Of a stretch of DNA of 64,000 bases, positions 62,041-64,000 are shown one piece after another (position 1 is the first letter of the stretch; each line of letters opens with the position of its first letter). A program made the position numbers and the translations under genes. Location of the stretch: positions 14,632,001-14,696,000 of the forward strand of contig OZ024750.1 of the NCBI GenBank assembly GCA_964016885.1, given 5' to 3'. The notes under the pieces are model-generated. The model saw only the letters and a program-made list of their open reading frames with translations. It made no database searches and was not told where the DNA came from. This stretch comes from Eledone cirrhosa (taxonomy: Eukaryota).

Positions 62041-62890
62041 TGAAAGTATTGTCAAATTGAACAATAGAAATTAGTGAACTTTCATTTACATAACTGATAT
62101 TTGAAAATATTACAGCATTAGATATTATCTGATGACATAAATAATACCAAATCCTTAACTGACAGCTTTATTAACATTTTACATGAAACTTTATTGAAAT
62201 GAGGAGAAAATAGGAGCCCCAAATTTGGAAATATAATGTTGGCATTTAACATGGTTATCATACACTCTACTGGATTCAGAAATGGAAGCAAATTTATCTA
62301 ACTATTAAATTATATTCAGCATTTTATTTTTTCATCCTCTGGTATTAAGAACACAAAAACATATTCTTAAATATTTTGTTAGACATTCATAGTCACACAA
62401 ATCATTTGTATGATTATTGGTTCATATCCTATGACTGATTCATTCAGTATGTGGTTAATCCATTGGAGCAGAAGGAAACGAAATGGGCAGTATGTGTGGG
62501 CATCCACCTTTTCCCCTGCATATAACACACTTGATCATCTCAGTGAAGATGGGAAACAACAAAGGGATACAAAAGAGATGGAAGAAGTGACTAGAATGGA
62601 ATGAAGTGGAGTTAAGCAGAAATGAAAAGTTTGTTGCCTATACTTGATTAAATGTGTTGGATTCAGGTACTTAATCAGTTGGTAGCTGGAATGAGTCCAG
62701 GACAGAGATATATTTATAGGTTTATTATCTGAATTTTCTTGTATGCAAGCGAGAAGAGGGAGTTTTTTTCTCTCTTGTGTAGGATATTAGCTGGCAGGGT
62801 TCGTATCTTAAACTTTTCAATTGCATCCAAATTACATTGCTTCCACACCTATTGTATGTTTTTACCTATGCAGCTATGTTCCATTTGATT

Positions 62891-63025
62891 GTAGGGTTCT
62901 CTGTTCCTCAGTTCTTCAACTGCCAGATGTATATTGTAGGGTTCTCTATTCCTCAGTCCTTCAACTGCCAGATGTACATAACAGGGTTCTCTGTTCCACA
63001 GTCCTTCAACTACCAGTTGTACATT
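62891..63025 (+). repeat. 45-bp tandem repeat, 3 copies
   Basis: gtagggttctctgttcctcagttcttcaactgccagatgtatatt x3. Confidence 0.9.
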
Positions 63026-63320
63026 AACAATGAAGTGAAATTGTGTTTGATTCTCTATCTGAATGAACGAGTATTGGGCCTTGAATGAATTTTCAATCAG
63101 ATTGATGATGTATAGTTCTGTGCGATCATCTCTATACAGCAGCCTCTCCAAGAGACATTTATTGCAAGGAAGGCAATTAGCTATATTTCTAGTTACATTT
63201 GTGCGAGTGTGTATGTATAGTGCCTCTGGCTACTTCCTTAAGGTTGAGAATTTCAAACATTCTATTGCCTAGTTCACCTTACTGTATTTGGTGGGCTGTT
63301 CCTGTTTCATTATTTAGTCG

Positions 63321-63497
63321 GGCAGTATCGGTAGAGGGTCGGATGCCAGGCTTTCCAGCATAGTTACGTCCCTTTACAATCTGAGTTCAAATCCCGCCGA
63401 GGTTGATTTTGCCTTTCATCCTTACGTGGTCGATAAAATAAAGTACCAGTAATGCACTGGGTAATAGCTGGCCTTGTGCCTAAAGTAGAAACAATTA
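63321..63497 (+). mobile_element. SINE family A, the only clear plus-strand copy
   Basis: ggcagtatcggtagaggg…gagttcaaatcccgccgagg…gcctaaagtagaaacaatt. Confidence 0.9.
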
Positions 63498-64000
63498 TTT
63501 AGTCTTGGTTTTGGTCCCATGTACTTTATTTTATTGTAGAAACTGCTTCTCCTCAACACACTGTTTCAGTATGGGATAGCTTTATTAAACATGTATGTCT
63601 AGGGATAGAGTTCTGCTTCTTATTAAAGTATGCCTTCAAGTTATATTATTATCAAACTATTTTCAGTATGTCATAAATTTCATAAAACACAGACCACCAA
63701 ATACTGGTGTCTATCAAGCTGACAGCAGCAGAGATAATGGCAGAGAAATTAACCTATCATACTATGTTGGGTAGATAGAAAATTAATCAGGATTCTGTGA
63801 AAAGTCTGGCCTCCTTGTCAGAACAGTAGGTCATGACTATAACCCTAAGTTAGTAACTGTTCTCCAATGAGTACAGCAATACACATGAAACCTGCCACCT
63901 TAACGGTGGTCCAATCAAATCAGTAAATGGATTACCAGACAGCAATCAACCATGTTTAAAAATCAATGATGTTTATATGTTTATAAAAACAACATTAGTA

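Noticed and set aside
60763-64000. First coding exon or promoter of the F-BAR gene
   Set aside because: No MxWGxELW-like exon or CpG-rich promoter was found by eye; the region looks intronic with LINE and SINE debris

Overview
AT-rich, repeat-dense animal genomic DNA. The SINE, RTE and MITE content resembles octopod cephalopods; this is from recall and not verified. One protein-coding gene on the minus strand spans nearly the whole window: a CIP4/FBP17/TOCA-1 (FNBP1/FNBP1L/TRIP10-family) F-BAR-HR1-SH3 protein. I reconstructed 13 coding exons by hand (60762 to 5283, 1671 nt including the stop). All have GT-AG boundaries and consistent phases. The short first coding exon appears to lie beyond the window, so exon numbers E2-E14 are provisional. 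Almost all ORFs in the supplied track are spurious or transposon-derived. Highlights: (1) a cluster of phase-compatible candidate microexons, including a 17-nt exon that would end the protein in a CaaX box (…G-CLVS*) and give an SH3-less, potentially prenylated F-BAR isoform; (2) two type I hammerhead ribozymes in small Penelope/retrozyme-like inserts, one in the sense of the pre-mRNA; (3) a ~1.15-kb-arm, ~99% identical inverted duplication with a 12-nt loop in the E2-E3 intron; (4) a 1-kb minisatellite that makes an AG-free zone with ~20 ACUAAC motifs directly upstream of an acceptor; (5) TTAA-flanked piggyBac-type MITEs, strongly strand-biased tRNA-SINEs, RTE/CR1 fragments and several minisatellites. 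All alternative-exon calls rest on splice motifs and reading frame only and need RNA evidence.
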